Below the pieces are notes generated by a model, which saw nothing but the letters and a program-made list of their open reading frames with translations, did not search any database and was not told where the DNA came from. DNA of 64,000 bases from Octopus bimaculoides (Eukaryota). Where the stretch lies: positions 118,619,346 through 118,683,345 of the forward strand of contig NC_068984.1 of NCBI RefSeq assembly GCF_001194135.2, in the 5' to 3' direction. The translations under genes and the position numbers were made by a program. This document shows, one piece after another, positions 62,665 through 64,000 of the stretch. Every line of letters begins with the position of its first letter. The first letter of the stretch is position 1.

Positions 62665-62890
62665 CTTTATTGCTCACAAGGGGCTAAACATAGAGGGGAC
62701 AAGCAAGGACAGACAAAGGGATTAAGTCGATTACATCGACCCCAGTGCGTAACTGGTACTTATTTAATTGACCCCGAAAGGATGAAAGACAAAGTCGACC
62801 TCGGCAGAATTAGAACTCAGAATGTAACGGCAGACGAAATACCGATAAGCATTTCGCCCGGCGCGCTAACGTTTCTGCCAGCTCGCCGCC
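62665..62890 (-). mobile_element. SINE family A (well preserved)
   Basis: Intact reverse copy ending ...tttctgccagctcgccgcc. Confidence 0.85.
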
Positions 62891-63925
62891 TTATTGGTTT
62901 GGTTTGTTTACATTGCCATACCTTAGCAATTCAGCAAAATGAGAACACAAGAATAAGTACCAGGTTTTAAAAAAAAAAAGTACTGGGGGTGATTTGTTCA
63001 ACTAGACTCTTAAAAGCAATGCCCCAGCGTGGCCAAAGTTTAATGACTGAAACAATTAAATGATAAAAGATTTTTAAAAAAAACATTATAGTTTGATCAA
63101 AAGCAGAAACTATAAATTTGTACTTGACCTTGAAGGTTTCTTTCAAGGCCAATGCTTAGCTGATATGACATTCTGCAAATGAGATATCGGTCCATTTGAA
63201 GTAACATTTCAGTGCTCAGGTTTGGTTTTTATGATGTTAAGCGCAAAAGAGAAGATCTCACCTCAGTGATGCACATGTTGATGTTGGGCAACACAACTTT
63301 CTGCATCCAGGTGAACTAAGGCATACAGAATTAACTTACTGCCTAAATATTCATCAAAATGCCTGTAGTGGATTTGAACTCAAGACTCATCTATTGGTAG
63401 TCTAATGTCATATTCATTTGTCTAGTGGTTCCAAAATTTATTTTGTTGTGGAACCATTTCTTTCAAAAACTGTGACATGCATTCCAGTATTTTACAGAAC
63501 CTCATTTTCATCGTCATTGTTTAACATCCATGCTCCATGCTGGAATGGGATGGACCACATGCATATATATATTTAATCCTTTATATTGAACACTCAATAT
63601 TTCATCTATTCAATAAGACATATTCCATATATTCAATAAGACATTCAATACTTTATTTCATAGTACCATCCATTTTTATTTTATATTATATATATTTTTT
63701 TATTTATTTTTTTTTATTTATGTGTTTCAGCCAAGTGGCTGCGGTCATTGTATATTCTATATTCTATATCCCACATTGGTTTTGCAGGAATATAAATAAA
63801 ACATAAAAAACAGACAGTGTTGGAACTCTTTTAAACAAAATACTATATTCCTCTATACACAATCATACAAACCCCCCCCCCTTTTTTTGTATTTATTTTT
63901 ACTCGCATATATATATATATATATG

Positions 63926-64000
63926 CAGGGTGGCCCAAAAGTAGGTTTACAGTTATTCAACTATCCCTTTCGCATTCATATATTAACAGTTTAGATCTTC
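63926..64000 (+). mobile_element. Probable left TIR of a Tc1/mariner element running off the window
   Basis: cagggtggcccaaaagtagg begins just after a (TA)n tract, a typical CAGGGTG terminus. Confidence 0.45.

Noticed and set aside
43118-62725. Long ORF-track entries spanning N runs (e.g. 60560..61519, 60820..61596, 52909..53388, 55703..56209)
   Set aside because: Their length comes from X residues and (TA)n/(CA)n translations (YIYI, HTHT, CVCV); they are not genes.

Overview
AT-rich animal genomic DNA, dense in microsatellites and SINEs, with seven N gaps. The repeat landscape resembles octopus/cephalopod DNA; this is inferred from recalled repeat families, not from a search. The only supported host gene is on the minus strand. 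Three confident exons (33550-33655, 16067-16289, 12657-12765) splice in frame to encode the first C2 domain (C2A) of a multiple C2 and transmembrane domain protein (MCTP), and a probable 39-nt micro-exon follows (11068-11106). The 5' and 3' parts of the gene were not found in the window. The rest is intronic and holds several tRNA-derived SINE families, RTE, CR1, R4/Dong and Penelope-like retroelement fossils, Tc1/mariner remnants, and piggyBac-, hAT- and foldback-type MITEs. The most notable hidden structures are a minimal type I hammerhead-ribozyme fold carried by a short interspersed element (13285-13321 minus; 52341-52377 plus), a mariner derivative built from two inverted 5' ends (966-1811), and a 233-bp insertion with a 13-bp target duplication and a 39-bp inverted repeat inside a multiply nested RTE fossil (56.4-60.8 kb). 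Most ORF-track entries are microsatellite, gap or TE artefacts. Repeat boundaries are approximate unless TIR/TSD ends are quoted. Family letters are my own labels.
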